Of a stretch of 64,000 nucleotides of DNA, positions 37,785 through 47,939 are shown in pieces (the stretch's first letter is position 1; each line of letters begins with the position of its first letter). Under the pieces are notes generated by a model, which was not told the DNA's origin, did not search any database, and was given only the letters and a program-made list of their open reading frames with translations. The stretch comes from Sphingomonadales bacterium (lineage in GTDB: Bacteria; Bacteroidota; Bacteroidia; NS11-12g; UBA955), in assembly GCA_016872175.1 (NCBI GenBank), contig VHBA01000005.1, forward strand, positions 9,396-73,395, in the 5' to 3' direction. The position numbers were made by a program, and so were the translations under genes.

Positions 37785-38678
37785 TTACAATTCGGATTCT
37801 TTTTTGAATGCAGGATCAAGTTTCATTAAGGCCCATGCAACCAAAAAAGTGATAACAAATGAGTAGAGGGCATAAACCAGGGCAGGTTTTTCCATGGCGG
37901 CTATATTTAGTTTATCGCCGGCTATAAGCAATGCCAGTGCGGTATTATGTAGTCCAACCTCCACGGCTATTGTGATTCTGTTTTTGAATGATAATTTGCC
38001 CAATGCAGCGGCCAGGTAGCCGGTTATCATGCTGCCAATGTTTAGAGCAATCATCCAAAAGGAAAGATCCTTAATGTCGCTGAATGTCATGGCTGTACCT
38101 CCTTTATCGCTTCCCGCAACAAATTTGTACGCAAAAACCAAAAGCAATAGTACCGGTAAAATTATATTCAGATTCTTCTCCATTCGTAAAGCCTGATCGA
38201 CATATTGACGGCGTACCAGCATGCCAATAAGCGCAGGAATGACGGTGACCACAAAAATATCAAACATGGTTTGCCAGAATGGCAGTTCAATGATTCGTCC
38301 GGAATTCATAAAATGCTGTAAAAACAAGTTAACAAGGACCGGAATTGTGAAAAGAGAAAGCAGGGCATTGCAAACAGTAAGGCTAATGGCCAGAGCAACA
38401 TTGCCTTTTACGTAATAGCTTACCAGGTTGCTGGTAATTCCCCCCGGACAAACAGAAAGAATCATAATGCCAACCTGCATTTCAGCACCCAGGTTACTTT
38501 GCTTTGCAATAATCCATGCCAGCAATGGCAGCAATAGCATTTGCGAAGCCAGTCCGATGCTTAAAGCCCGCGGCTGATCAAACAAGTGTTTAAAATCTTC
38601 TTTGGTCAGCGAAAGCCCAAGCCCAAACATGATCATGCCCAGCACCACATTCAGCAATATGTTGATGTTAATAAGCAA
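37785..38678 (-). CDS. bile acid:sodium symporter (BASS) family transporter
   Basis: It is a polytopic membrane protein with the signature LSVCPGGITSNLVSY. Confidence 0.8.
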   Translation of the reverse strand: MLININILLNVVLGMIMFGLGLSLTKEDFKHLFDQPRALSIGLASQMLLLPLLAWIIAKQSNLGAEMQVGIMILSVCPGGITSNLVSYYVKGNVALAISLTVCNALLSLFTIPVLVNLFLQHFMNSGRIIELPFWQTMFDIFVVTVIPALIGMLVRRQYVDQALRMEKNLNIILPVLLLLVFAYKFVAGSDKGGTAMTFSDIKDLSFWMIALNIGSMITGYLAAALGKLSFKNRITIAVEVGLHNTALALLIAGDKLNIAAMEKPALVYALYSFVITFLVAWALMKLDPAFKKESEL

Positions 38679-39330
38679 GTTTTAAATATGGAATTAACAG
38701 CGAAATAAAATGGTAGAAAAAGTAAATGCTGATTAAAATAAGTATAAGTCCAAAATATTTATTAATATAATAATAAACACGCCGACTTAATTTTCTACCT
38801 AAAAAATCACTTAAAAAAACTTTACCCAAATCCATTAAAAAGAGGGTAAAAAGGATTGATATAAGATTAATTAGTATAGATGACTCATAGTGCGGGTCTG
38901 TTTTATCGTAATATACCGATACGATTGCGAGCAATCCAATCCATAGAAATAAAACAAACGGATTGATAAGGTTTAATATAAATCCTTTTAGAAATGATTT
39001 GCTTTTGGCAGCCGGATTTTCTATACTGCGTATAAATTGCTGATATTTTTTATAAAAACCCCTGAATCCCAGATAAGAAATGGCTGTGGCTGCGAACAAG
39101 GAAAAAATGATTTGGAACTCGGGTAAAATAAAAAATTGGGATAATCCGAAAAAGCAAATCAGTGCCATGATAAGTTCACTGAGGAAAATACCCAGTGCCA
39201 CACGCATCCCTTCTGCTTTTCCACCTTTTATTCCCGAATTGACCAGGGTAAAAAACGACGGACCAAAACTGAGTATGCTAATCAGAAAGCCCTGACCTAT
39301 GCCTTTCAGTATGGGTGTAATCCAAAACAA
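38668..39330 (-). CDS. LysE-family amino-acid exporter-like membrane protein
   Basis: Length is about 220 aa with 5-6 TM segments. The N-terminal GIGQGFLISILSFGPSFFTLV is typical of LysE/RhtB. The gene has markedly low GC. Confidence 0.6.
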   Translation of the reverse strand: MFWITPILKGIGQGFLISILSFGPSFFTLVNSGIKGGKAEGMRVALGIFLSELIMALICFFGLSQFFILPEFQIIFSLFAATAISYLGFRGFYKKYQQFIRSIENPAAKSKSFLKGFILNLINPFVLFLWIGLLAIVSVYYDKTDPHYESSILINLISILFTLFLMDLGKVFLSDFLGRKLSRRVYYYINKYFGLILILISIYFFYHFISLLIPYLKLAY

Positions 39331-39359
39331 TTCGATTGCAAATTAGCAATGAAAAACTG

Positions 39360-40151
39360 CTATCCCAAATATGACAGTGTCAAGGGTTGTAATTCTTCAT
39401 AAACGACGGGGTTTGCAGCCACAATTTGTTTTCCGAACAGATGGTTTTGAATTTGGTGAAAATCGCTGACCACGCCACCTGCTTCCGCTACCAAAAGAGC
39501 TCCCGCGGCCACATCCCATGCATTCAATCCGGTTTCATAAAAACCGTCGAATCTGCCGCAAGCCGTGTAAGCAAGATCAATGGCCGCTGAACCGAGCCTT
39601 CTTAGTCCATGGGTGCTTTTCATTAATTCGCCCAAAAGATCAAGATAGGCGCGCGTTTGCTGAAATTCGTAATACGGAAAGCCGGTGGCAATAAGCGATT
39701 CTCGCAGGCAGGATGTATCGCTAATTCGGATGGCATTGTTGTTGAGATATGCTCCCCTGTTTTTTTCTGCGCAAAACATTTCCTTCATAGCCGGTGCGTA
39801 TACTACTCCGGCTGTTACAATGCTGTTTTCCATAAGCGCAATACTGATTGAGAAAACCTGCAATCCATGCAGGAAGTTTGTAGTGCCGTCAAGCGGATCT
39901 ATAATCCAAACGGCGTGGCTTTCGGAATCATTGGGAGCAGTGTTTTCTTCGGTGATGAAACCTGCATCGGGACGTAGTTTTTTCAGGGATACTACCAGCA
40001 TTTTTTCGCTTTCTACGTCCACAAAACTCACCAGTTGGTTGAGTCCTTTGTCAGAGACGGAATCTGCTGTAACCGACCTGAAATGCTCAAGTTGAAAATC
40101 ACCGGCCTTTTCGCAGGCTTCTATCATGCCTGATAGCAATGCTGAATGCAT
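39360..40151 (-). CDS. suhB: inositol monophosphatase family protein
   Basis: It has FITEE, WIIDPLDGTTNFLHG and GSAAIDLAYTACGRFDGFYE. Confidence 0.88.
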   Translation of the reverse strand: MHSALLSGMIEACEKAGDFQLEHFRSVTADSVSDKGLNQLVSFVDVESEKMLVVSLKKLRPDAGFITEENTAPNDSESHAVWIIDPLDGTTNFLHGLQVFSISIALMENSIVTAGVVYAPAMKEMFCAEKNRGAYLNNNAIRISDTSCLRESLIATGFPYYEFQQTRAYLDLLGELMKSTHGLRRLGSAAIDLAYTACGRFDGFYETGLNAWDVAAGALLVAEAGGVVSDFHQIQNHLFGKQIVAANPVVYEELQPLTLSYLG

Positions 40152-43100
40152 CAGCGTGTAATCATCAGATAGCCTTTTTCTACGTGCCTGTAGCCTTCTG
40201 TATCTATGGTTTCAATAATCAGCGGATAAATGCCATTCATAGCCTCTTTGCCATCAGGGGTTTTGCCATTCCAGCCTTTACCGATTTTATCGGTTTCAAA
40301 CATCTTGGCTCCCCAGCGGTTGTAAATCTTCATATTGAAGAAAACGCAGCCGCGTGCATAAGGGGCATAAATTTCATTGAGATTGTTGTCGTCCGGGGTG
40401 AATGCAGTGGGAATGTATAGATAATACACATCCTTAATTCTCACCCAAGCTTCGGCTGTATCGGCACAGCCCGGTGGCTTGCTCACAATAAGTTGTACTT
40501 TATAACGACCTGTATCGCTGTAGGTGTGAGAGGTGCTGCCCACCACAATGTCTGTATTTCCGTCACCAAACATCCATAAATACTGGGTTCCCCCTTTGCT
40601 GTTATCGTTAAACTGAATTACAGGAAGTTCTATGGATGCCAATGTTGGCGTTGGGGTTAAAGATGCTACCGGATAAGCAGTTACGCGCACACTGTCAGCG
40701 ATTTTAAACAGCTTTTGGCAACCATTTGAAGTGGTAACCCTGAGTGTGGCAAAATAGGAGCCTGCATTTTTGAAAATTCGCGTATACGGTCCAGTCAATG
40801 CATTTACGGAATCCTTGGGTCCAAATATCCAGAATGCTTTGGCAGCATCAGCGCTTACGAAGGAGAACTGCACCCTGCCGCCGGCGCAAATGTCATTGAT
40901 ATCTGTGGTGAGAACGGCATTGGGTTTGGGATGGACAACCACATTGGAAGATGCATTGAAAGGCGCTGAACATCCGTCTGTAAGCGTATATGAGTAGGAT
41001 CTCGTAAATCCGGGATCTGTGCGTAGTTTGGTCCAGGTAACGGGTACGCCATCTATGGTCCACTGGTACTTGGCTGTTTTACCGCCTGTTTGCGATAGTG
41101 TGAGTGTAAGTGAATCCCCCTGACAAACAGCGTTGGGTGTGGCGGTTATACTGCCGCCCAGTGGCAACAGGCGTGTGATATTGAATGAAGTAGAGTCGTT
41201 TAGTACTGTGCAACCGTCTGATAAAACAGCGGTGATACGCGTGGTACCTGCACCTACTGGGTTCAAGGTTACATTCAGTCCTGTTTGTCCACCCGGATTC
41301 CATGAAACATTATGGCTGCTTGTTTTGCCACCGGTGGCAGTCAGTTTCACCGCCACTGTTTGACCGTCGCAAAGCGTGGTGTCAGTAAACTTGCTAAGGC
41401 TCAATGCTGCTAGTCTGTCCACCCTTAAACTGTCTTTTACAGTTGGAGAGCAGTTGTCTGAACCTGTTACCGTATACCACTGACCGGTGGCAGGTGTTTC
41501 TGTAATTGTACTCGTGGTTTTGCCATGAGCCCAGTTATAGGTATAGCCTGAACCTTTGCCTCCACTGAGTGAAGCAGATAGTACAACCTGACTTCCGCGA
41601 CAGATTGTGGTATCATTGGATAGGTTGAGTTTAATGGCAGGATAGGTGTATAGTTTAACCGTATCTCTTGATGGTATTATGGTACAGGCATCCGTAAGGG
41701 TGACGATAACTATTTGTGTGTCAGTGAGTGTAATGTTTTTATTGGCACCTGTGCCCAATCCCAAATTCCAGCTGTAGGTGTACTTTGATGTGTCGCCGCC
41801 TGAGCCTGAGGCCGAAAGAGAAACGCTTTTACCTATACAAACAGGTGTGCTGCCTGCAGTAATTTTTACCTGTAGAGCCGGTTTTACCCAGACAGTTTGA
41901 TAGGCAGTATCAGGGCTGTCTGTGCAGCCATCATTTAAAACCACCATGTATTTGGTGGTGGCAGCAGGCGAAACAGTATGCGCAGTGCCATTGGGTAGTC
42001 CGTTGTTCCATGTATACTGATATGCGGCAGTTACACCACCGGTTCCTGTGGCTGTGAGTTTTACACTTCTGCCTTTGCAAATTACGGTGTCTTTGCCCAG
42101 CGTAACTTTCAGTGGTGGCCGAACATCAACTGTAATGGAATCGAAAGCTGTTTTGCCGGTGCAGATATCGGTTAATGTAAGGTAATATTTGGTTTTTACG
42201 GTAGGTTTCACCACCGCTTTGGCACGGCTGTCACCATGTTTCCAGTAGTATCGGTAATCGGGAATAAAGCCACCGGATGCAGTGGGATTTAGGATTAAGC
42301 TGTCTCCGTAGCAAATAATGGTGTCTTTTCCGGCATCAACGGTTAACGGCTTGCGGATACCGATAAATTCCAATTTAAAACCTTTGCCTTCCAACAGTGG
42401 GTCGGAATATTGCCGAAACCAGAGAGCGTCTGCTTTCACAGTTTGCCAGGCTCCGGCGAAGGGTAGGGTTGTGCCTGTGTATCGCCCGATTTTATTGGGC
42501 CATGTGACGCTGTTTTTAAAGAGCACCACCGAGTCATAACCATTTTCGTAATCAAGTACCCTGAAACGGAGTCTTATAGAATCTGCTCCGGGTATCTTGA
42601 GCTTGAAGTTAACTACTTTAAGCGCTCCGTAGTTGTCTTCACCACCATCATCATACACAAAACCTTTGCAGCGAATGGCACTGTCCGTGCCGGTTTTAGG
42701 AAGCAGCACGGCATTGCAGATATCGTAGGTGCTGTCCACCTTCACATACTGCAATTTGGTAATGCTGTCTTTTTTGTTTTTAAAGCAGCTGGTTACCACG
42801 AGTTTTACGTTGAATTTGCCATAACTGCCATAAGCATTGGATGGATTGGTGAGGGTTGAAGAGTTGCCATCACCAAAATACCATTGACTGGATTTGTAAT
42901 TGTCGCTAAGGTTCAGGAAATTGATGGTTTTGCCGGTGCGGCAGGCAAGGGTATCACCGGTGAAATTGGCTTTCACATAGCCGCTGTCATATTTATTTCC
43001 CACACCACATACCCACCATGCATTGGTTACGGCAATCACCTCCTTGCTGCATTGACCGTATAGGTCGGCCGCAGACATGACGCTGAATGTACGGGCATCG

Positions 43101-44638
43101 GCATATTGTGAATTTTTGGTAAGGTAAACGGATAAGTTTCGGTATGCAATTTTCCCGGCTTTTGCAATGCCCAGAGAATCTATCTGAAACGCCCATCCTT
43201 TTTCATTCGTCCCCTTGCTACCATTGGCAATGAGGTAGTACCAGTGGTTTTGAACACCACTGTTGTAATGTACACCACCATTGTCTCCGGCTCCGGCATA
43301 CCAGCTCACCCCTTTATAAAACTTAGGATGGTTAAAAATGTTGGGGTTGGTCATGCTTCTTATCCCGTTTTTGCTAGGTGTCATGTCCTCTCCGATTCTC
43401 CAGCTCCATTTGGAAGGTCTAGCCCATATTTCTATGGTATTGCCAAAAATGTCACTAAAACTTTCATTGAGAGCGCCGCTTTCATAGCTGTATATCAGTC
43501 CTGCTGTGTAGGTGGTAACAGCGTGGGCAATTTCATGTCCGCAAACATCCAGTGCCGTTAACGGCGTAAAAAGACTGCCGTTTCCGTCTCCGTAGGTCAT
43601 GTAAGAGCCGTTCCAGAAGGCATTGTTGTAGTTATTTCCATAATGCACATAACTGATAATTTTGGCCCCATTGCCATCAAAACTGTTGCGGCTGTGTTCT
43701 TTATCGAAATAATCATAAGTCATTTCAGCACCCCAGTGTGCATCGGTGGCTACCTCATCCTTGTTGGCATTCACATTGTTCCAGTAGTTGTCGGCATCCA
43801 GAAAATCTACGGCAGCACCATACGATGTGCCTTTTCGCATGTTGTAAGTTTCAATGCCTTTACCGCGGTTAAACTCGCGAAGTCTGAAACTAGTGGGTGC
43901 GGTGCTGTCCACCTGCATTTTTTGCGTTCCACTGTAGGCAGTTACTGCAGTTCCTTTAACTTCGGTATGGAGAATAAGATCCTGAGAAGCCAATATTTCC
44001 CCGGTTTCAGCATCCACATAAATGCTTTTTCCACCCAGGGGTTCCATGCTATAAACATCAAATTTCCAGGCCAGTTTGTGTTTATTTTCCAGTCTGAAAT
44101 CTTTTGGGCAATAAACGGGTGTTCCGGTGGGAAAATAAGTTGTATCCGGCTTGCCTGATAGTTGTTTTAAGATGGCATTTTGGCCTTCATCCTGCCAGTA
44201 ATAGCGGGTTGCAGGCATGTTTAGAAGGGCTTTTTCACGGCACTGATCTCGGGTTAGAATAGACTTGCTTTCCAAAAAACTTTCCGGCACCAGATCTCCG
44301 TTGATGCTGAGCAGTTTCCCGTCTTTTTCGTGCAAAATCAGGGTTGATAATTCAGATGGAATGCCATTAAACCAATGTTGTGCACGGTAATGGGTTTGCC
44401 CCAGTTCGTCTTTTAGAATGGAATAAATTTTCCATTGGGTTGATGGGCTGTAACTGCCCATTTTTGCAACCACGGCAGGCCATTGCTCAAATGCAGGTTT
44501 TTGGTTTTCGGGAAAAACCAGCAGGGATTGGGTGGGTAGGTAGCTGTGTTTTAGGTTTGTAGGGAATGAAACTTGCCCGAAAACGGGTACAGCCCAAAGT
44601 ACAGAAAGAATGATTAGTTTGTCAAAGCGCACACGCAT
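40151..44638 (-). CDS. M4 (thermolysin-like) zinc metalloprotease with PKD, CUB-like and Ig-like repeat domains and a T9SS type B C-terminal domain
   Basis: It has a signal peptide, the HEXXH motif in VCGHEIAHAVT, and GALNESFSDIFG. Three PKD segments and a CUB-like region are followed by six ~79-aa repeats. The C-terminus is IPTAFTPDDNNLNE...IYNRWGAKMFE...GWNGK. Confidence 0.88.
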   Translation of the reverse strand: MRVRFDKLIILSVLWAVPVFGQVSFPTNLKHSYLPTQSLLVFPENQKPAFEQWPAVVAKMGSYSPSTQWKIYSILKDELGQTHYRAQHWFNGIPSELSTLILHEKDGKLLSINGDLVPESFLESKSILTRDQCREKALLNMPATRYYWQDEGQNAILKQLSGKPDTTYFPTGTPVYCPKDFRLENKHKLAWKFDVYSMEPLGGKSIYVDAETGEILASQDLILHTEVKGTAVTAYSGTQKMQVDSTAPTSFRLREFNRGKGIETYNMRKGTSYGAAVDFLDADNYWNNVNANKDEVATDAHWGAEMTYDYFDKEHSRNSFDGNGAKIISYVHYGNNYNNAFWNGSYMTYGDGNGSLFTPLTALDVCGHEIAHAVTTYTAGLIYSYESGALNESFSDIFGNTIEIWARPSKWSWRIGEDMTPSKNGIRSMTNPNIFNHPKFYKGVSWYAGAGDNGGVHYNSGVQNHWYYLIANGSKGTNEKGWAFQIDSLGIAKAGKIAYRNLSVYLTKNSQYADARTFSVMSAADLYGQCSKEVIAVTNAWWVCGVGNKYDSGYVKANFTGDTLACRTGKTINFLNLSDNYKSSQWYFGDGNSSTLTNPSNAYGSYGKFNVKLVVTSCFKNKKDSITKLQYVKVDSTYDICNAVLLPKTGTDSAIRCKGFVYDDGGEDNYGALKVVNFKLKIPGADSIRLRFRVLDYENGYDSVVLFKNSVTWPNKIGRYTGTTLPFAGAWQTVKADALWFRQYSDPLLEGKGFKLEFIGIRKPLTVDAGKDTIICYGDSLILNPTASGGFIPDYRYYWKHGDSRAKAVVKPTVKTKYYLTLTDICTGKTAFDSITVDVRPPLKVTLGKDTVICKGRSVKLTATGTGGVTAAYQYTWNNGLPNGTAHTVSPAATTKYMVVLNDGCTDSPDTAYQTVWVKPALQVKITAGSTPVCIGKSVSLSASGSGGDTSKYTYSWNLGLGTGANKNITLTDTQIVIVTLTDACTIIPSRDTVKLYTYPAIKLNLSNDTTICRGSQVVLSASLSGGKGSGYTYNWAHGKTTSTITETPATGQWYTVTGSDNCSPTVKDSLRVDRLAALSLSKFTDTTLCDGQTVAVKLTATGGKTSSHNVSWNPGGQTGLNVTLNPVGAGTTRITAVLSDGCTVLNDSTSFNITRLLPLGGSITATPNAVCQGDSLTLTLSQTGGKTAKYQWTIDGVPVTWTKLRTDPGFTRSYSYTLTDGCSAPFNASSNVVVHPKPNAVLTTDINDICAGGRVQFSFVSADAAKAFWIFGPKDSVNALTGPYTRIFKNAGSYFATLRVTTSNGCQKLFKIADSVRVTAYPVASLTPTPTLASIELPVIQFNDNSKGGTQYLWMFGDGNTDIVVGSTSHTYSDTGRYKVQLIVSKPPGCADTAEAWVRIKDVYYLYIPTAFTPDDNNLNEIYAPYARGCVFFNMKIYNRWGAKMFETDKIGKGWNGKTPDGKEAMNGIYPLIIETIDTEGYRHVEKGYLMITR
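40925..42349 (-). repeat. six tandem ~79-aa Ig-like repeats inside the M4 protease gene
   Basis: The recurrent pattern is (T/V)IC.G.S..L.A...GG....Y.W..G.........Y.V...D.C, for example LTATGTGGVTAAYQYTWNNG, LSASGSGGDTSKYTYSWNLG and LSASLSGGKGSGYTYNWAHG. Confidence 0.8.
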
Positions 44639-44679
44639 AGTGGTCGTTCTGTCAAAAATAGTTATAAATTTTTACAATA

Positions 44680-45096
44680 TCAACAAAATGCCTCGTAGGC
44701 ACCTGACAAATTGTCGGCAACCATATCGGCAGTCCTGCCTTCAATCATGTGGCGTTCCACCATGTGCACAATCTGTCCGTCTTTAAACAGTGCAACAGCA
44801 GGGGATGATGGTGGAAAAGGAACCATGAATTCACGGGCTTTTTGTGTGGCATCCAGGTCCTGCCCGGCGAAAACAGTAAATAGTTTTACCGGTTTCTTAG
44901 TCCCTTGTAGACTTTTTAGTATTCCGGGGCGGGCGCTGCCGGCAGCACATCCGCAAACAGAGTTAACCACCACCAGTGTGGTTCCCTCATTGTTAGAAAG
45001 GGCCTGTTCTACTTCTTCAGCAGTGCGAAGTTCGGTGAAACCGTTGTTGGAGAGTTCGGCGCGCATGGGCGCTAAAAGCATTTCCGGGTATGGCAT
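44680..45096 (-). CDS. BrxA/BrxB-family bacilliredoxin (DUF1094)
   Basis: The opening is MPYPEMLLAPMRAEL. The segment GTTLVVVNSVCGCAAGSARP carries the CGC redox motif. Length is 138 aa. Confidence 0.85.
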   Translation of the reverse strand: MPYPEMLLAPMRAELSNNGFTELRTAEEVEQALSNNEGTTLVVVNSVCGCAAGSARPGILKSLQGTKKPVKLFTVFAGQDLDATQKAREFMVPFPPSSPAVALFKDGQIVHMVERHMIEGRTADMVADNLSGAYEAFC

Positions 45097-45123
45097 ATTG
45101 ATGGTGTTTTTCTATTTGTGCCG

Positions 45124-45131
45124 CAAATTTA
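45124..45131 (-). promoter_or_regulatory. candidate -7 box TAAATTTG for the bacilliredoxin gene
   Basis: This is a perfect TAnnTTTG match on the minus strand, 27 nt upstream of the ATG at 45096. Confidence 0.4.
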
Positions 45132-45219
45132 AGGCCAATCAGGGCGAAATAGGGTTAATATCAATATGTCAATCATTTGGTATGATTATTTCTTAGGTAA
45201 AGTACAATCTTTTAAACCT

Positions 45220-46098
45220 ATGAAAAAATTAACAATTTTATTGATGGCAGCGTTTTCAATGGGTGCCTGTACCATAATTCGTCCCGGCGAGACAGGTGTC
45301 AAAAGGAAGTTGGGTAAACTTGGACATACTGCATTTGATCCCGGTATTCGTTTTTATAATCCTTTTATCTCCACGGTATTGCTCGTACCTGTTAGAACAG
45401 TGAATTTGGAAGTGAAACTTCCATTACCAAGCAGAGAAGGTTTGACCATTCAGTCGGAGATTTCCATATTGTACAGGATAGAGAAAAAATCAGCCCCTGA
45501 TGTTATCAAAAACATTGGCATGAACTACGAAGAGGTTGTAATACTGCCTGTTTTTCGTTCAGCGGCAGCCGATGTCACCTCCAAGTTTTATGCAAAAGAT
45601 ATGCATAGTGGAGAGAGGGCTTTAATTGAGAGAAATATTCGGGATACCATGATGGAGATATTGGGAGACAAAGGGTTTATCGTGGAAAATGTATTGCTGA
45701 AGTCAATATCGCTGCCTTCGGGCTTGTCTGCAGCCATTGAGGAGAAACTGAGGGCCGAACAGGAAGCCCAGCGTATGGAATTTACCAAGCAGCGTGAAAA
45801 ATTGGAAGCAGAGCGCAAAGCCATTGCTGCTGAAGGCGACAAGCAGGCCTCCATCATTGGCGCACAGGCACAGGCTGAAGTTGCAAAAATAAAGGCGGAA
45901 GGACAGGCGAGTGCGATAAAAATAGAAGCCGAAGCAAGAGCCAAGGGCAATGAAATGCTTTCCAAAAGCCTTACTGGTGATATTTTGAAAAACAATCAGA
46001 TAGAAGCTTTCAAGGCCCTTTCTCAGAGCGGCAATTCAAAGGTTATCATCACCGACGGAAAAACACCATTGCTGGGAATTCCTGAAGGGGGTAAGTAA
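45220..46098 (+). CDS. SPFH/prohibitin (band 7) domain lipoprotein
   Basis: The start MKKLTILLMAAFSMGAC contains a lipobox. The SPFH core is IIRPGETGVKRKLGKL...LTIQSEISILYRI, followed by a C-terminal Ala/Glu-rich coiled coil. Confidence 0.85.
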   Translation: MKKLTILLMAAFSMGACTIIRPGETGVKRKLGKLGHTAFDPGIRFYNPFISTVLLVPVRTVNLEVKLPLPSREGLTIQSEISILYRIEKKSAPDVIKNIGMNYEEVVILPVFRSAAADVTSKFYAKDMHSGERALIERNIRDTMMEILGDKGFIVENVLLKSISLPSGLSAAIEEKLRAEQEAQRMEFTKQREKLEAERKAIAAEGDKQASIIGAQAQAEVAKIKAEGQASAIKIEAEARAKGNEMLSKSLTGDILKNNQIEAFKALSQSGNSKVIITDGKTPLLGIPEGGK

Positions 46099-47334
46099 TC
46101 AGGCCTGATTTGCAGACAGGTAAACCGTTTTGGCATGGTTTACTCCGAAAAAATAGGGTACCGATTGAATGGCATTGTGGGTTTCTGTGATCCAAAAATC
46201 TGCTTGTTTGCCCGCGGCAATGCTGCCGATGCTTTTCTCCAGTCTTAGGCTGCGCGCAGCATTCAGCGTGATGGCGTTAAAAGCCTCTGTAGGTAGCATT
46301 TTCATGCGGCTGCAACCCAGGCTCCACACCATTTGCAGGTTGCAAACAGGGCTGCTCCCTGGATTAAAGTCCGAAGCGAGTGCGAACGGCAATCCCGCAT
46401 CGATAATGGTTCTTGCGGGTGCATACGGAATATCCAGGAAGTAGCTGGTGCCGGGCAATCCCACGGGCATAACCTCTGAATTTCTGAGGCATTCTATTTC
46501 TTCATTACCAATATGCTCAAGGTGATCGGCACTCCAGGCACCGGCTTTGGCGGCCACCTGCACGCCGCCGGTAATGCCCAGTTCGTTGGCGTGTATTTTG
46601 GCGGGTAACCCATATTTGGCTGCAGCTTCCAGTAACAAGAGCGTTTGTTCCGGGGTGAAAAATCCGCGGTCGCAGAAAACATCCATGTGGTCAGCGAGCC
46701 CCTCTGCGCACACCGCGGGCAGCATGTCATTGATGATGTGTGCCACATAGTCATCCTGCCTGCCTTTAAATTCAGGTGGTACTGCATGTGCGCCTAAAAA
46801 CGTGGTTTTGATGGTGGCCTTTACATTTTTTTCGATACGCCGACCTATGCGCAGCATTTTAAGCTCACTTTCAATGCTGAGGCCATAACCACTTTTGATT
46901 TCAATGGTGGTTGAACCATGCTCTATCATACGTTTTACCCGCCATAAACTTTGCTCATAAAGCCATTCTTCATCCATGATGCGCAGTTTGTAGGCAGAGT
47001 TGAGTATTCCGCCGCCTGCTGCCGCGATTTCTTCGTAGGTGGCGCCTTTCAGCCGCATTTCCCATTCGCCGCTGCGCAGCTGGGCAAAGATGCAGTGGGT
47101 GTGGCTGTCTACTAGTCCTGGTAATACTTCCAGGCCGTGCAGCGAAATTATTTCATCTGCCTTTGGCAGATCGCTGTCTTGCATGCTTCCCCAGTTCGCG
47201 AAATTTCCATTTTCTGTCAGCAGCCAGGCATCATGAATGGTAACTACCCGACTCATTTCAGCGCCCTTCAGCAAGGATTTTGTGTTGTCTTCAATGCCGT
47301 GAATGGCTTTAATATCGGTAAATAATTTGCGCAT
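46099..47334 (-). CDS. hutI: imidazolonepropionase
   Basis: The start at ATG 47334 gives MRKLFTDIK. It has GLVDSHTHCIFA, ATYEEIAAAGGGILNS, HANE, and ASDFNPGSSP. Confidence 0.8.
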   Translation of the reverse strand: MRKLFTDIKAIHGIEDNTKSLLKGAEMSRVVTIHDAWLLTENGNFANWGSMQDSDLPKADEIISLHGLEVLPGLVDSHTHCIFAQLRSGEWEMRLKGATYEEIAAAGGGILNSAYKLRIMDEEWLYEQSLWRVKRMIEHGSTTIEIKSGYGLSIESELKMLRIGRRIEKNVKATIKTTFLGAHAVPPEFKGRQDDYVAHIINDMLPAVCAEGLADHMDVFCDRGFFTPEQTLLLLEAAAKYGLPAKIHANELGITGGVQVAAKAGAWSADHLEHIGNEEIECLRNSEVMPVGLPGTSYFLDIPYAPARTIIDAGLPFALASDFNPGSSPVCNLQMVWSLGCSRMKMLPTEAFNAITLNAARSLRLEKSIGSIAAGKQADFWITETHNAIQSVPYFFGVNHAKTVYLSANQA

Positions 47335-47365
47335 GCCCTGCAAAAAAAGCATATTTGAACCGCTT

Positions 47366-47899
47366 ATGAGCATGGATTTAACAGAACGACTGAAAAAAAG
47401 ACCTGAATTGGGCAAAAAAGTATTCGTGGCGAGAGGCGCTCACGTGATTGGAGAAGTTAAACTGGCTGATGAAAGCAGTGTATGGTTTGGAGCGGTGCTG
47501 CGCGGCGACAGCGATGTTATTTCAGTAGGGTCCCGCACCAACATTCAGGATAATGCCGTGCTGCATGCAGATCCGGGCGATCCATGTGTGATTGGCGAAG
47601 ATTGTGTAATCGGACACAGTGCTATCGTGCACGGTGCAAAATTGAGTCACCATGTTTTGGTGGGAATGCATGCAACGGTACTCAACAATGCTGAAATTGG
47701 CGAATACAGCATTATTGGTGCCAATGCGCTGGTGCCTTCAGGAATGATTATTCCGCCCTATAGTTTGGTGCTGGGTGTGCCGGCAAAGGTTGTGAAAACG
47801 TTGGATGAAAGCGTTCATCTCCGTATTCTGGATAATGTTGACGAATACGTTAGAAAAGCCCGTGCCTACGTGGCTGCCGGTTATTCGGCTGCCGATTAA
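47366..47899 (+). CDS. gamma carbonic anhydrase family (hexapeptide-repeat) protein
   Basis: It has VARGAHVIGEVKLADESSVWFGAVLRGD...IQDNAVLH and left-handed beta-helix repeats. The start is ATG 47366 or ATG 47372. Confidence 0.85.
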   Translation: MSMDLTERLKKRPELGKKVFVARGAHVIGEVKLADESSVWFGAVLRGDSDVISVGSRTNIQDNAVLHADPGDPCVIGEDCVIGHSAIVHGAKLSHHVLVGMHATVLNNAEIGEYSIIGANALVPSGMIIPPYSLVLGVPAKVVKTLDESVHLRILDNVDEYVRKARAYVAAGYSAAD

Positions 47900-47939
47900 T
47901 TTGGAGATGTCAGGAAAAATGCGTATATTGCAGTAAGCC

